A stretch of 64,000 nucleotides of DNA from Trichoplax adhaerens (taxonomy: Eukaryota > Animalia > Placozoa). This document shows positions 13,322 through 25,627 of the stretch, piece by piece. A model generated the notes under the pieces. It ran no database searches and was not told the origin of the DNA. It was given only the letters and a program-made list of their open reading frames with translations. The number at the start of each line of letters is the position of its first letter. The stretch's first letter is position 1. A program made the translations under genes and the position numbers. The DNA lies in contig NW_002060946.1 of assembly GCF_000150275.1 (NCBI RefSeq), positions 7,297,855-7,361,854 of the forward strand. The letters are read 5' to 3'.

Positions 13322-16265
13322 TTAATTATCGTCGCGTCCGCGCTTTCCAAAGTAGATAAAGTCCTGCGGAATACATTATTTATTATTGTTAATATGAGTT
13401 GAAAACTCTTCAGACATAAGCTGCATGATCATAATTCAATAACCAGATATCAATGGTGACGGTTGAAACAAAATACGTATGATATCAATTCAATCGAAGA
13501 AAGTAACTTACAGTACAGTATATAGCATTACTTTAAATCATGAACGAAAAACTACTTTATCATAGGACACGAATTATCTATTCGTGATATAAAAACTTAC
13601 AATTAAAAAGATCGCTCCTAGTAAGACCGCCTTATTCTTGACTTCAGTACTTTCTGGAACTAACCATACGATTATAACATTTTTGAAGAAGATGATGAGT
13701 ATTACGTTGAATGAAATTAAAAATTATTTCATTGTCTTATAGTCAGTTTAAAATTTATGTTATACATGTTATAGCAAAGTTATCCGCATCGGTTAAAGCT
13801 TCCTTTAATAAGCCCGCCCATTCTTTAGCAATTCTACCAACTTTTTCATCATTTGTATCATGCACCTAAATTACATATTGTAAGATGATTCAGTTTTAAA
13901 TAGATTTTTGCTAAACAGCCCATCAATAATAACGGATAAGCGATATGAAACAGGGTTTAGAATTATCCATTATTTTAAAATTTGAGCCTTAAATATAGGA
14001 TCAAAATTTTTTCTTATTCAATAAGCAGATATCTTCTTCAATCAATATTATCTACATCAGATACAGTATACTATCTTTTAAGCGTTGAAGTAACTGAAAA
14101 ATCTGCTAAATAAATTTAAAATTTTATGCCGTATATTTGTAAGTCTTGATGACAGTCATTTAATAGGTTTCATCATTGCTGATCTAACATATTATAAGCG
14201 CGGTAGCAAATAACTACTGCATTATTGCTGATGCATAATAAAATTAACCAATGACTCATTCATTATTTTGAAAATTCTATCTAGCTATCAGAATAAATCA
14301 GATATATCGTTTGGTCCTCTTACATAGTTATAATGGAAGAGTATTCTTATAAATAGTAGTCGCTTGAGAGATAGTGTTAGACTAGAGTCGTAAACATGAT
14401 GTGTACGTTCTATCCGTGCTAAATTTTACTCAAAATCTTTAGACCTACGTCAAATTCAACATCATTGCCGCATGAACAAGTGATGCATGGTCCTTTCAAG
14501 GTAAAAGTAGTTTCGTCATTTTCATCGGTGACTGTAAAGGAAGGCCAGCATGGCGACCAACTACAAATATAAAATGTAAAATATTTACGTAAATGATTGA
14601 TGTTAATATGGGTTATCATTAGCCATCGGAAATGATTGAGAAAGTTAAGTATACGTAAAGTCGTAAAATATTAGATGCTCTACAGAAATTTCCATCATTC
14701 TACGCTTTATGCCTTAGAATCAAAACACATAAACTAATAGGTTTACGCCGGATATAATATACTGTACTGCAAAATATTTGTGCACGACGTACTCCATGTT
14801 TACTTTGCCAATTCGATTGCCGGGAGGTGCTTCTACTGTTAGTTCTTGTAAACAACAACACCAGCAGCAGCAAGAATTGCATCGTAGTGGTCTTGAAAGG
14901 TGAATAACTTCCTTTTTAGTGTTATCGAATATTCTCATTTCGAAAGGGCGTCCCTCACCGCAACATTGCAAATCACAACAATTGATTTCTAACAACGAAG
15001 CAACTTGACTTTAGGAAATTCCAGAAAGCCAGAAAGCATGAATTCAATATTTTCCATTTGTATTTATGGAATTTGATTCTAAATCAGTATATATGTCAGT
15101 CTTACCTTCGCTGACGTAGTATATTTGCTGTCCTTGTTTATTTCTAACGACGTAGGTATTAGCCGTCTCGATATCGGTCATTACTTTTAATTTGATATAA
15201 TTAAGATATTAGTATTGAAATCTGTTATGATTTTCGAGCTTATGGCTATTATTTTATTTGTTTCAGAATCTTTCATAAACGCCAGTGAAGGGTATTGAAA
15301 GTCGCTAAATAGAGTTAACTTTTTCATTGTATACCTTAAATTAAACAATAAAAATACCAGACTGGATTCTATTGCTATGATTTAAATATGAAAACGTATT
15401 CTTAAGACTGTTTTACAATTTGCTATAACTCGCTCTACAGTACGGTAATAAAAGCCATATATCGCAGCAATTGGATTTACTAATCGATTGATAAGCACAG
15501 CACGTTAAATTGTTACTTTTAAGCTAACGTTAACATATTTGCATTTGAAATAAACTCAAAATTTCATTAATAAAAGCTATTCCTGAACTAGAATAAATTT
15601 ACGCGCATGCTTAAATTTTTTACTGATGCAAAAATAGAAGCGCGATCTATTAATTAAATCTAGTGAAAGGAAGGGTATAACGAATCATTTGTCTCACAGG
15701 CTGCTTTGCTATACTTATTAAGTAAAATAATTAAATCTCAACTCAGAATTTAGGGATACATTATAATTCTTCCCATGTTGCCCACAGATTAACTCTGCAG
15801 ACTACCGTAGATACAAACATGAATAAGTGTATTATATTTAGCATATTCACTACAAATCTGTAAATCAGAAAATATCTAGTACTGAAAAATGATCTAATCA
15901 TCTATTGCTCAAATATTTAAATACTATCATTTTTGTAGCTACGATATCAAAAATATATTAGACATCGTACTCTTACGATTTGGAGGTAAATTTTCAGAAT
16001 GATATAGGGATGATAATGTTAACACTAGGCTAGATGTAAGCTTACACTGAAAGACTCCGACGTCTTCTCGAATCAGTAAAGTATCAATTTGAGCGAGATA
16101 TTCCAATCCAGGTGGACATTCTACAGCACTGTCTGGAGATGGTGCCCAGTTAATGCTTGGCTTATCCTCATTTGGCTGTTGTTGAATTAATTTTGCAGAT
16201 GGATCATCAGATGGAGTTGTTCCGTAAGTAGGCTGAGAAGCTGAATCGACTGGTTGTTGGCTCAT
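13322..16265 (-). CDS. Phospholipid scramblase paralog 3 (PLSCR family), divergent, ~268 aa
   Basis: Exons 16265-16046, 15183-15106, 14988-14793, 14560-14449, 13865-13766, 13659-13601, 13363-13322 (807 nt). [81 protein letters not shown]. Confidence 0.93.
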
Positions 16266-19036
16266 AATCTTAGCAAAGCGTTGGTAATGTCGCGAAAGAA
16301 AAAAAAAAAGAAAAAAATAACGATCAATGATATTTTGGCCAATTATCTGATATTATAATTGATGATGGATTTTATTATATCTACATGAAAATTCATTTCA
16401 TTTGCTCACCTTCTGTAAATATTTTAAATGGCGTCAAAATAAAATGCTTGAGAGTAGAATAATTAGCGATGATATTTTGCTAGGGAAAAATTTTCTAGTG
16501 TATACTAAATGAAAGCTTTACTAACGGTATATTTACTCAATAATATGATTAATTCTTATAAATATCTATGCACCTTCAAGTAAATCTTATATAAGATTGT
16601 GCTTTCGTGTTAAAGCTATGCATTCAAGGAATAAAATTATCAAATCTTCAAGTTGTTAAGTGTGCTACGATACTACACTATAGGCGGCATTGATATCTAG
16701 CGATGAGTCATTATCAAACAATCAATATGCTCTTAAACCAATTATGAAGCAATTGAACGCCTACTGGTTCTATTTTACTGAGATCACTATTTAAAGAAAT
16801 GGTGTTCAATAAAATATGGTTGCATAATAATTGGTAAATTACCGTACTCCATCTTTTAAACTTGTAAAAGTACTAGTATAACATTAAGACAGTTACTTTA
16901 TTGCAGTACGTCAAGACTCCAAACTTGAAAGTTTATTGTCTAACAACAAATTTTGGTAGAGAAGCAAGGTAGCATAAAATAATTAACGAAGCTTAGTCTT
17001 AACTAGTGAGTCCTGAAATATAGGTAGAGATCTAAATCTTGATAACTTTTAACTCCAATGTCTCAAATCAACATGCAGCATTCCTCAATTATAATTAAAC
17101 CTAGAAGTAATATTTTAGAAAATGATTTACAACTAGTGGTATCTACTTGATTCGCAGATAATAAATTATCTTAAAATTGATTTCGCAGTTCTAAACCTAT
17201 CATGGTGATTTAAGATATGGACAAGTGTGTATACTTGAGCTCTTTTACATCATCCAGCATCATTTTAAATACCAATTGATAGCTATATCTAGTAGTACAT
17301 TCTATTAAGCAGTATTTATTAGCGATCTCCTCAAATGACAGTAACAATACAAGCTCTGATGTAATAAGAGTAGCAACTATCTATGATAATACTGCATTTG
17401 ATAACAGATGATATAGAGATATCGTTAATCATTGACCATAATTTTTAAGCTGTATAATTATTAAGTTATCTGTAATAGCTGAAAAGTTCCGATAAGGTTA
17501 TACTGATGTCCTGGGGCGTATTATTTAGTTTATTCGATAAATTTGGTCTAAGAAGGTTTTACTCATTCAGAGTTTACTAGCTTGTTATCTCCAGTAGAGA
17601 AATTATATGGATGATGAAAACTGGTGGTCATGATTTGTTATGGAAGTTTGACGACTTAGCTTTATTTATTGCAAGCTTTCGGTAGCTAATGTTACTTCAA
17701 CTGCGCTCGTATATGCCATTTAGTTTGCCACAAATTGGCGACTTGGATCCTACCTGGATACAGTTTTCGTGAATGGATCACTGCTTGTGTTATTATCTTG
17801 AATGTTTACTTTCTAATGATCTGATCTTATTTTGGGAAAATCGTCTGCACAACTCGGGTAGCTCACAATATCAACGGAGTTTAAATTAGTGCAAAATGTA
17901 ATCCTGTATGGTGCTCCTATGAAGACCTGCCTGGTCGGTTTAACGCAGAGGATGTATCTAAATATAAGGGAATTGGATATAATTATAGTATCGTACTCGT
18001 TGCAAATGTAGTTAGTAGTTTTCTACCCAGTTTAGGCTTCCAATTTTATATGTAAAGTGGGGGTAGCAAAGCAAATACTGTACAGTATTTACAGAACAGT
18101 GCATCATTTATTCTTAAATATTTAAAGAAAAGAAAGACTCGACTCCAATACGCTAACGAGTCCTATTCGAGAGTATATTAGTAGAATGGTTACCGTCCGT
18201 TTATACAGGTTACTTATCAAGAGAATTGTAATTTGAAAGCATATTATTGACATGTAATCACTCCAAATCAGTTCAATGATTGTACACGTACAGTATTAAA
18301 TAGTAGATGCTACCACAACAAGTTTTGTGAGAATAAGCAGAGCATTCAATGCGTTCGGGTGGAACTAAAGAAGTGGGGCAATTATAATCGCTTAATAACG
18401 ACGAGCTTTCAACCGTTGCTTTTAAGATGATTAAGTTCAACAGTCAAATCCAGTTTCAGAAATGAATGAATCTTGGTTCAGACCTTATTACAGGTGCAAT
18501 AATTGTAGAACAAACATGATTATGCATAATTTAGGTATAACTTTAGTTATGGCGTTCAGCATGACAACTTATTTCAACGACCACAGTTAAATGTAACCAG
18601 TATTGATAGAGATACAAACTATTAAAAGATGTTAATGCACATTTCTTCCAATTTTTACGGTACAGTTTACAAGTACTTAGAAGTAATAATAAAGAATTAA
18701 CCAGATTGAGGATTGTACTTCATTTCAAATTTACGGTATTTGCCTGGCGACACAAATAAGGTGTCTGAGCAGCAAATTTTGACTGACGTTGCAATGATAG
18801 CCGTATGAAGATTAATAAGGAAGTAGAGTAATGTTATGGGATTTGTATTTATAGTGTCCATTCACTCCTCAGTATTCCATGATGTTAAAGCAACTATGGA
18901 TTAGAGCTTGGATGCACTGGGGGATAAAGAACACTTTGAAATTATGTTATAGAGATCTCTGTATGATGAACCTTTCGTGTTTTAAGATACTGACATCCTA
19001 CAGAACTTCTTTTACAGGTTGCTTCCATCGTCACGA

Positions 19037-19365
19037 TTATTCATTTGATGATTCAGCATTATAGTGTATCGCCAACCAAACCACAGGTGGTTGCGTTGAA
19101 GTATAAGTAACCCAGTGCAGAGTATGTTTAGGAATGTTAAGGATATCTCCTTTGGTTAAGACAATTTCGTCTTGATCTTTGAGCTTTAATTTAGCTTGGC
19201 CCTGTAGTACCATCACTAATTCATCGCGATCTTGGTCATAGGGTTCATCAACAGGCGTGATTTGTCCGTAAGATTTTCAACCATCGCATCTTTCGCTTGC
19301 ATTATCGTTTGCAAGATTTCTTCCGATGAATTGTCAGGATAGTCGAACAAATTTTGCAGTGCCAT
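19037..19365 (-). pseudogene. Intronless bacterial-type small cupin (Reut_A1446-like cupin_2 family) with one frameshift
   Basis: MALQNLFDYPDNSSEEILQTIMQAKDAMVE [frame break ~19275] KSYGQITPVDEPYDQDRDELVMVLQGQAKLKLKDQDEIVLTKGDILNIPKHTLHWVTYTSTQPPVVWLAIHYNAESSNE*. It matches from memory the family pattern NLF..EE....IERIVS.GQ..P....YDQ..DEWV.LL.G.A.L.....L..GD...IP.H..H.V..T...PP..WLA.H. The span is 329 nt, not a multiple of 3. Confidence 0.8.
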
Positions 19366-19609
19366 CGATTCTCTTCGTAGTTCAGATACGTAACAGAGTT
19401 GACTTAACTTGCCAATAGTGAATATTAAAGCGTCGATTGTGCAGTGTTTCGATTGGAGATTTAACCCAGCAGCAGCCTACTTTGTATGCGTTCACTTTCA
19501 AGTGGCCTAAAGGTTGCCAAGTCAACGTCGGAAGTGAGCTAATTTTTAAGCTGCTGCAGCAAACTTTATCATCAGCTACGACGAGGATGACGGACAGCTA
19601 CCAGACATC

Positions 19610-19720
19610 TGCAGTACTGTACAGTACAGTACTTTACCTGAACTGTACAGTGTACAGTGTACAGTACAGTCAAAACGTAGAGTAATATACTGTAGCGTAT
19701 TGTACTGTACTGTACTGTAC
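19610..19720. repeat. (TACAG)/(TGTAC) simple-repeat tract in both orientations
   Basis: gtactgtacagtacagtac...cagtgtacagtacagt...tgtactgtactgtactgtac; similar tracts at 3803-3875 and 4418-4455. Confidence 0.7.
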
Positions 19721-19762
19721 TCATATGAGAAAGGTTTGGAGCTTGCGCCGTGCCATTGCATC

Positions 19763-20720
19763 GGCTATTGCATTTAGCAAGCAAATACAGTATATTTGTT
19801 CTACTGTCTGCAACAGCATTTGAAGGTAACTTTCATTACAGAGCTTAACAGTACTGTACTGTAATGTTACTGTACTGTACTGTAAATCCCTGGTATTATA
19901 GGGCTATATAACCAAAAAAGCTTACTTGGAATGTTTCTAAGCATGCAATGGTGCAAGGCTATTGCATTTAGCAAGCAAATATATTTGTTCTACTGTCTGC
20001 AACAGTATTTGAAGGTAACTTTCGTTACAGAGCTTAACAGTACTGTAATGTTACTGTACTGTAAATCCCTGGTACTACAAGGCTATATAACCGATAAAGC
20101 TTACGTGGAATGTTTCTAAGCATGCAATGGTGCAAGGCTATTGCATTTAGCAAGCAAATATATTTGTTCTACTGTCTGCAACAGTATTTGAATGTAACTT
20201 TCATTGCAGAGCTTACAGTACTGTAATGTTACTGTACTGTAAATCCCTGGTACTACAAGGCTATATCACCAAAAAAGCTTACGTGGAATGTTTCTAAGCA
20301 TGCAATGGTACAAGGCTATTGCATTTAGCAAGCAAATATATTTGTTCTACTGTCTGCAACAGTATTTGAAGGTAACTTTCATTACAGAGCTTAACAGTAC
20401 TGTATTGTACTGTAAATCCCTGGTACTACAAGGCTATATAACCAATAAAGCTTACTTGGAATGTTTCTAAGCATGCAATGGTGCAAGGCTATTGCATTTA
20501 GCAAGCAAATATATTTGTTCTACTGTCTGCAACAGTATTTGAATGTAACTTTCATTGCAGAGCTTACAGTACTGTAATGTTACTGTACTGTAAATCCCTG
20601 GTACTACAAGGCTATATCACCAAAAAAGCTTACGTGGAATGTTTCTAAGCATGCAATGGTGCAAGGCTATTGCATTTAGCAAGCAAATATATTTGTTCTA
20701 CTGTCTGCAACAGTATTTTA
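19763..20720. repeat. ~178-bp satellite array, ~5.4 copies, alternating A/B monomers
   Basis: gcatgcaatgg recurs at 19941, 20120, 20298, 20471 and 20649 (periods 179/178/173/178). The ORFs at 19931, 20288 and 20639 are repeat artefacts. Confidence 0.95.
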
Positions 20721-21863
20721 AATGCTTATCATACAAACTGTATTGTTTCCATACGGCAACAAGAAGTCTAAGAGCAACTGCGATAGCGGCTGCGCGAATT
20801 AAAGGGTTTATTAAGGTAACTTTCATGACAGAGCTTATTTTGCAGTCTTGCGCACCCATTTCTAGACTTTTCCATACAAAAACATACGCTGCGAAAACAG
20901 AATTTAGTATGAAATTGGCCGTAACGCAGGTAGAGTAAAGCACAGCAACAGCAATTCGTACCGTGGTGAACCTTTAAACGATCCGTGCGCAGAAGCTCAG
21001 ATTTTTGCAGCACAAAATCGCCATTTCTCCTTTTCTCCAACAAGTAATGGCGTTCCTCCACCAAATTGATGCTGTTCGGTAGCCCTCACTGAGCTGTACA
21101 CGTACATACCGAATTCGGTGCATACTAATTGAAGGCTAAAATACAGTGAGGGCAATTTTGCCTAAGCAATATCAATAACAAATATAATGGATGAACCATT
21201 GACGTTGGCCACTTTATGTTAACAAAATTAAATAGTATCATGCGAACTTAACTCTGAAAGTGATTCTTACGGCTATAAAATGCAAGATTACCAATAATTT
21301 ATTATTTTTATCAAGACATTATCGTAATGACTTATTTTAATATCTTCATAATCAGTGATAACGAATTAATTTAGGCTGGGGCATTTGCAACCATGTACAG
21401 TGGGCGGTACTGTATTTTGAGGTATACAAATACAATACATCAATTAATATCGAAAACATGCAAGATTAACCAGCTCTGAGTAATTAATCACCACCAAATT
21501 TCAATATAATTCACGATTCTTCAGTATGGCATATTGCCTGCATAGAAGACATAAACGGGATACATGTATTGTCAATGACAAGTTGTTAAGTGAGCTCTTA
21601 TGTAAAGTAACAACGCAGAGGTCATGCTATTTTGGAGTTACCAATGGATTCAGAATGAATCAGCCTAGTTTGGTATTTATAGGAATTGAATAAGGTTATA
21701 TGCTAACGTAATAGTAGCGCGAATCTATTAGAGCATTACATGGATATACTCGTAGATGTAGCTATCTAAGACTACACTTTTCTTTCCTAGCGAACGTAAC
21801 TCTACTCCAGCAAATGTATTTTTCACCGGTTCTTGAAAAAGATTTCGAAGTGAAATGACGAGG

Positions 21864-22809
21864 CTAACGACTTAAATTTTTAGTCTAAAAACTATAAAAT
21901 TGGATATTCATCAGTTTAATCTTTGCTAATACTTACTTTGATTGCAGCAGGGCCATAAACATGTTTCGTAAGCATATAGATAAAACAACTTCCTGTTATA
22001 AACTGAATTACTCCAATGATAGCCGAAACAACATTGAACCACAGAGTTGATTCTCGGACTTCAGAATTTTTAAGATTCAAGTTTGATGATAGATTAATAC
22101 CAAGTTGGATAGATGATGTGATCAACGTAATAAGGGAGAAAAAGTAGAAGCAGTGTAGCTAAGGTTTACAATATAAACGGAATAAGAGAATTCGAAAATG
22201 TAAGAGCTATGCAATTACTTAATTAAATGTTTTAACGTAATGCAGTATAGTAAAAGTAATTTATACAAAGTAATATCACTACATGAGATTGAATACTACT
22301 ACAACAACGATAATTCAGTCATTGGACTGAAATCTTACCAAATGGGGCTTGGTTTCATTTTTTTGACTAATAATAGAATAATATCCGCTTGGAATATACT
22401 ATAAGAGACAGCGCCCGGAATTAAATAAAGGAAAATATCCTGTAAGATGAATCTACTTTAAATTTATCATTTACATAAGCCTCATAATTTTAACATTTGA
22501 ATTATCCCTGCTACCGGTATCCTGTTATGATTACTTGGTAGCACTTACCAAGATCGCTCCCCAAACATTAACGGCAATAGCCATTGCGGGATTGTATTTA
22601 TGATTAGAATCCACTAGGCCGAAAATACCAATTACAAAGCTTGATATACTAACTAATATACAGTTATAGCCAAGATTCCGTGATGGAAGATGAACACTCT
22701 GTGGTAATGAGTAGATGGAATCTGAAGAGCGATCAGTCTCAGTAGTAACGTCTTCCATGGCAGAAGTGTCTTCTGTAGTCGTCTCTTCACAAGTAAAGTC
22801 GATGGACAT
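21864..22809 (-). CDS. CD20/MS4A-like four-TM protein, copy A (divergent; acidic Thr-rich N-terminus; 3' end uncertain)
   Basis: Exons 22809-22549 (..GIFGL..AVNVWGAIL), 22398-22339 (60 nt, YIPSGYYSIISQKNETKPHL), 22158-21937 (LHCFYFFS..LTKHVYGPAAIK). The last exon is ambiguous: it starts at 21884 (TKNLSR*) or at ~21863 (PRHF..EKV*). Confidence 0.75.
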
Positions 22810-25134
22810 GGCCAATTATAATGTATAACAATTCCTAGTCTCTAATAAAAATGTAACAGAAATTAAACTGTTCAACTATTTTAATATGACAGAAAGTATG
22901 CAGCAAGAAATTCCGATCCATTAGCAGTGATATTAGGTGATACTTCTTTAAAATTGGGGCATTACCGTTAATTCAGGGATGATCTAAGGCGCTGAAAATG
23001 AATTAATCAATTATTATGTCAACTATGGACGTAATAAAATTTTGCAAATCTAATATTTGTGCAGAAAATACAAAATAGTTTTTACAATGCATCAAAATAA
23101 TGTTAGTACGTTAAGCGAACATTAATAGAACATCAAGCGAACATCAATAGAACATCAAGCGAAATCATATCATGTGTAGAGCATAATCACACATACCAAG
23201 ACAGCATCTGCTATGATAATCTGATAGTTTCATAGTATACATATTTCGCAGCGTTTAATCATTTATAAAGTCATCGATCATGTTCAATGAACTCTACAAA
23301 TTTCAATTCTGGTATTTTACTATTAGCAGAGATATTAGATGCACGAATCGTAATTTAGTACCAGGTTGAATTATTAATTCGTAACTAGATTCTTAATTAA
23401 AAATTTTTGTTACCGAGGCATCGGCAAGGAGTTCAAAAAATTAGTTGAGCCATATCTCATTATAACTTTGTCAATCACAAGTTTTTCCTATAGTCTGCCA
23501 TTGGTAAAATTAAAATAAAACTGTATCACACGGGTATACTTAATTACTGTTACAGTGAGTCATTATAAATTGTAGCTGCGCATTATTGCCAGGCTTGTTA
23601 AATTTTTTGAGTTATTTAAACAAATGTCATGATATTCCATATCTAATAATAGCATTCCATTTAAATTTGATCGTTAAACTCAAATCAATTTCGATTGTTT
23701 CCTACGGTGATTTTCAAAATAATTTATTGTGAACGAAAATGTCATACTTTACAGTTTGGCCGATTGAAGGATTAGAAAACTAGTAAGATTTGTTTCTGAA
23801 TTTGTTCATATTATAAAGCTTACAAAAAGAAACGAGTGCCATCCATTATCTACAACTATTATTAACTTCAATGCACGCGTAGATCGGAATCGTCTAATTG
23901 CAAACTTTGATGAAATACCTTACTTTTAATTCATACCGTTTTATCGCATTAAATGCGAGTTGCTGAAGTAAGCGGGATTTACTGTTTAAATTGATTACGA
24001 AAGAACTGATGCAAATTACCTTTCTGCAATTAGTTTCTGTAGTCATAGTTCTATAAAAATAAGTCATATAAAGTAAATGAATCCATACAATTAATGATAT
24101 ACAGGAATCACGCTGGAATCACAGATTTCATCGACATCGTAGAGAATTTGATCAGTGACTGTATCACCTATCGACTGCATTATTTGCATATTATTTATAG
24201 TAGAATATGTCTATATTGAGGTAATGATTCCAAGAAACGAATATTTGCAGTGAATTTACTTATAGAGAATCACTAACATAGCACAGTGAAATATTTTCAA
24301 AGTGTGAATATTCTCACCTTTAAAATAAGACAATAATTTTACCCTACTAGTCTACTATATTTTATATCGTGCAATTTGTAGAGATTTGAATTCACAGTAA
24401 AGATAGTAAATTAAAGGCGTATTGATAGGAGTATCCGTCAGCAAACCAGTTATGCAATATTTTATCTACTTAATCCCATTTTCAGCTTTTTTATCGCTAA
24501 ATATTTTAGAATTTTTCGCCCAGTTACCTTTTATATTGTACACATTAAAGAAACGGTTTTGATTTAAATAGTGATTTAATTTTGACAAAGTATTTCTCCT
24601 ATATGAAGACTTCCATAAAATTTATATCTATTTTATGGGATTAGTTTAGTGTACTCGCAACTTTAAGAACAATGTCGTAGTTAATATCCCTAAATACCAT
24701 TCCCATCGACTCTATTCTGATAATGAATTGAATTTTGATTCAATTTACTTCTAATTCAAACAATTTTATATCGACAGGTATTTGGTTTTAAAATCATTTT
24801 TAAAATTTACCATTACTTCGGTTATTTTAAATCATATTATACAACTATTGAAATTAAGTTTAAATGACTTACTTAAATGTATTATAGCGAAACAAATTAT
24901 GAGCTACTGTAGATCCAATCCTTAATTGCAAATAAGGAATTAAAATGTTTTACGAATACAACTGTTAATGGAATCTTTTGAAGCATATAAATATACGTAA
25001 GGTAAAATATCAAATAGGTAAGCTTAGGAGAGAATTTTTTCGAGGAATAATTGTTGCTGTAAACAGTTAATCAACTATATGATTGGTATCTAGTTGAAAA
25101 ATCAAGCCAATTCGTTTTAAATGCGATTTTATTA

Positions 25135-25627
25135 GTTCACTTGCTGTGTGAATAGCACTTTCTAAATTTATGTTCTTTTCGAGTAGAAGTCGCTTTGAAA
25201 TTGATTGATTTCTGAGTCCTGTAATGAATGCTTATAGTAGGACTGAGGATAGTTCAGATGGCGAGAACTCGCAGGTAGAAGCCAAAAGGTGGAGGTTTGC
25301 TACAAAAGTCTGTAGTGTTTCACCTTCTTTCTGTCTATACGTATATAAGTGACGTCTTTCAGCTTGTACCATTTGTACAGGTTAAAAATATGTTTGTAGA
25401 ATGGAATTAATTTCTTTTACTTTGAGATCCAATGGATTTTTTTGGCTAGCTAGATTAGCTAAGATCTTAAAATATTCAGCGCCCATGCTTACCAATAAAT
25501 AAGAAACGTGCCTAGATAGCGATACATCGACTGCCGGCATTGTTGCGCGAAATCTTCCTGAATAGTTGCACCAATCATTTGATTGCAAATCACATTCTGA
25601 AAGTGGTAGTGGTAGTACAGACCCCAT
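25135..25627 (-). mobile_element. Decayed Ty3/Gypsy LTR-retrotransposon gag fragment
   Basis: One frame with two in-frame TAA stops (25382-84, 25232-34): ..DWCNYSGRF..YLLVSMGAEYFKILANLAS..P....EINSILQTYF*PVQMVQAERRHLYTYRQKEGETLQTFVANLHLLASTCEF..LL*AFITGLRNQSISKRLLLEKNINLESAIHTA. This has the gag-typical ER.....Q..GE....F...L..LA..CEF and F..G......RLL motifs. No pol or LTR recognised. Confidence 0.8.

Noticed and set aside
19268-19285. Programmed -1 ribosomal frameshift in the cupin
   Set aside because: No X XXY YYZ slippery heptamer, and about two conserved residues are missing, so a small deletion is more parsimonious.
19931-20938. Three similar plus-strand ORFs (MFLSMQW..)
   Set aside because: They are translations of the 178-bp satellite monomers; alternate monomers are frameshifted.
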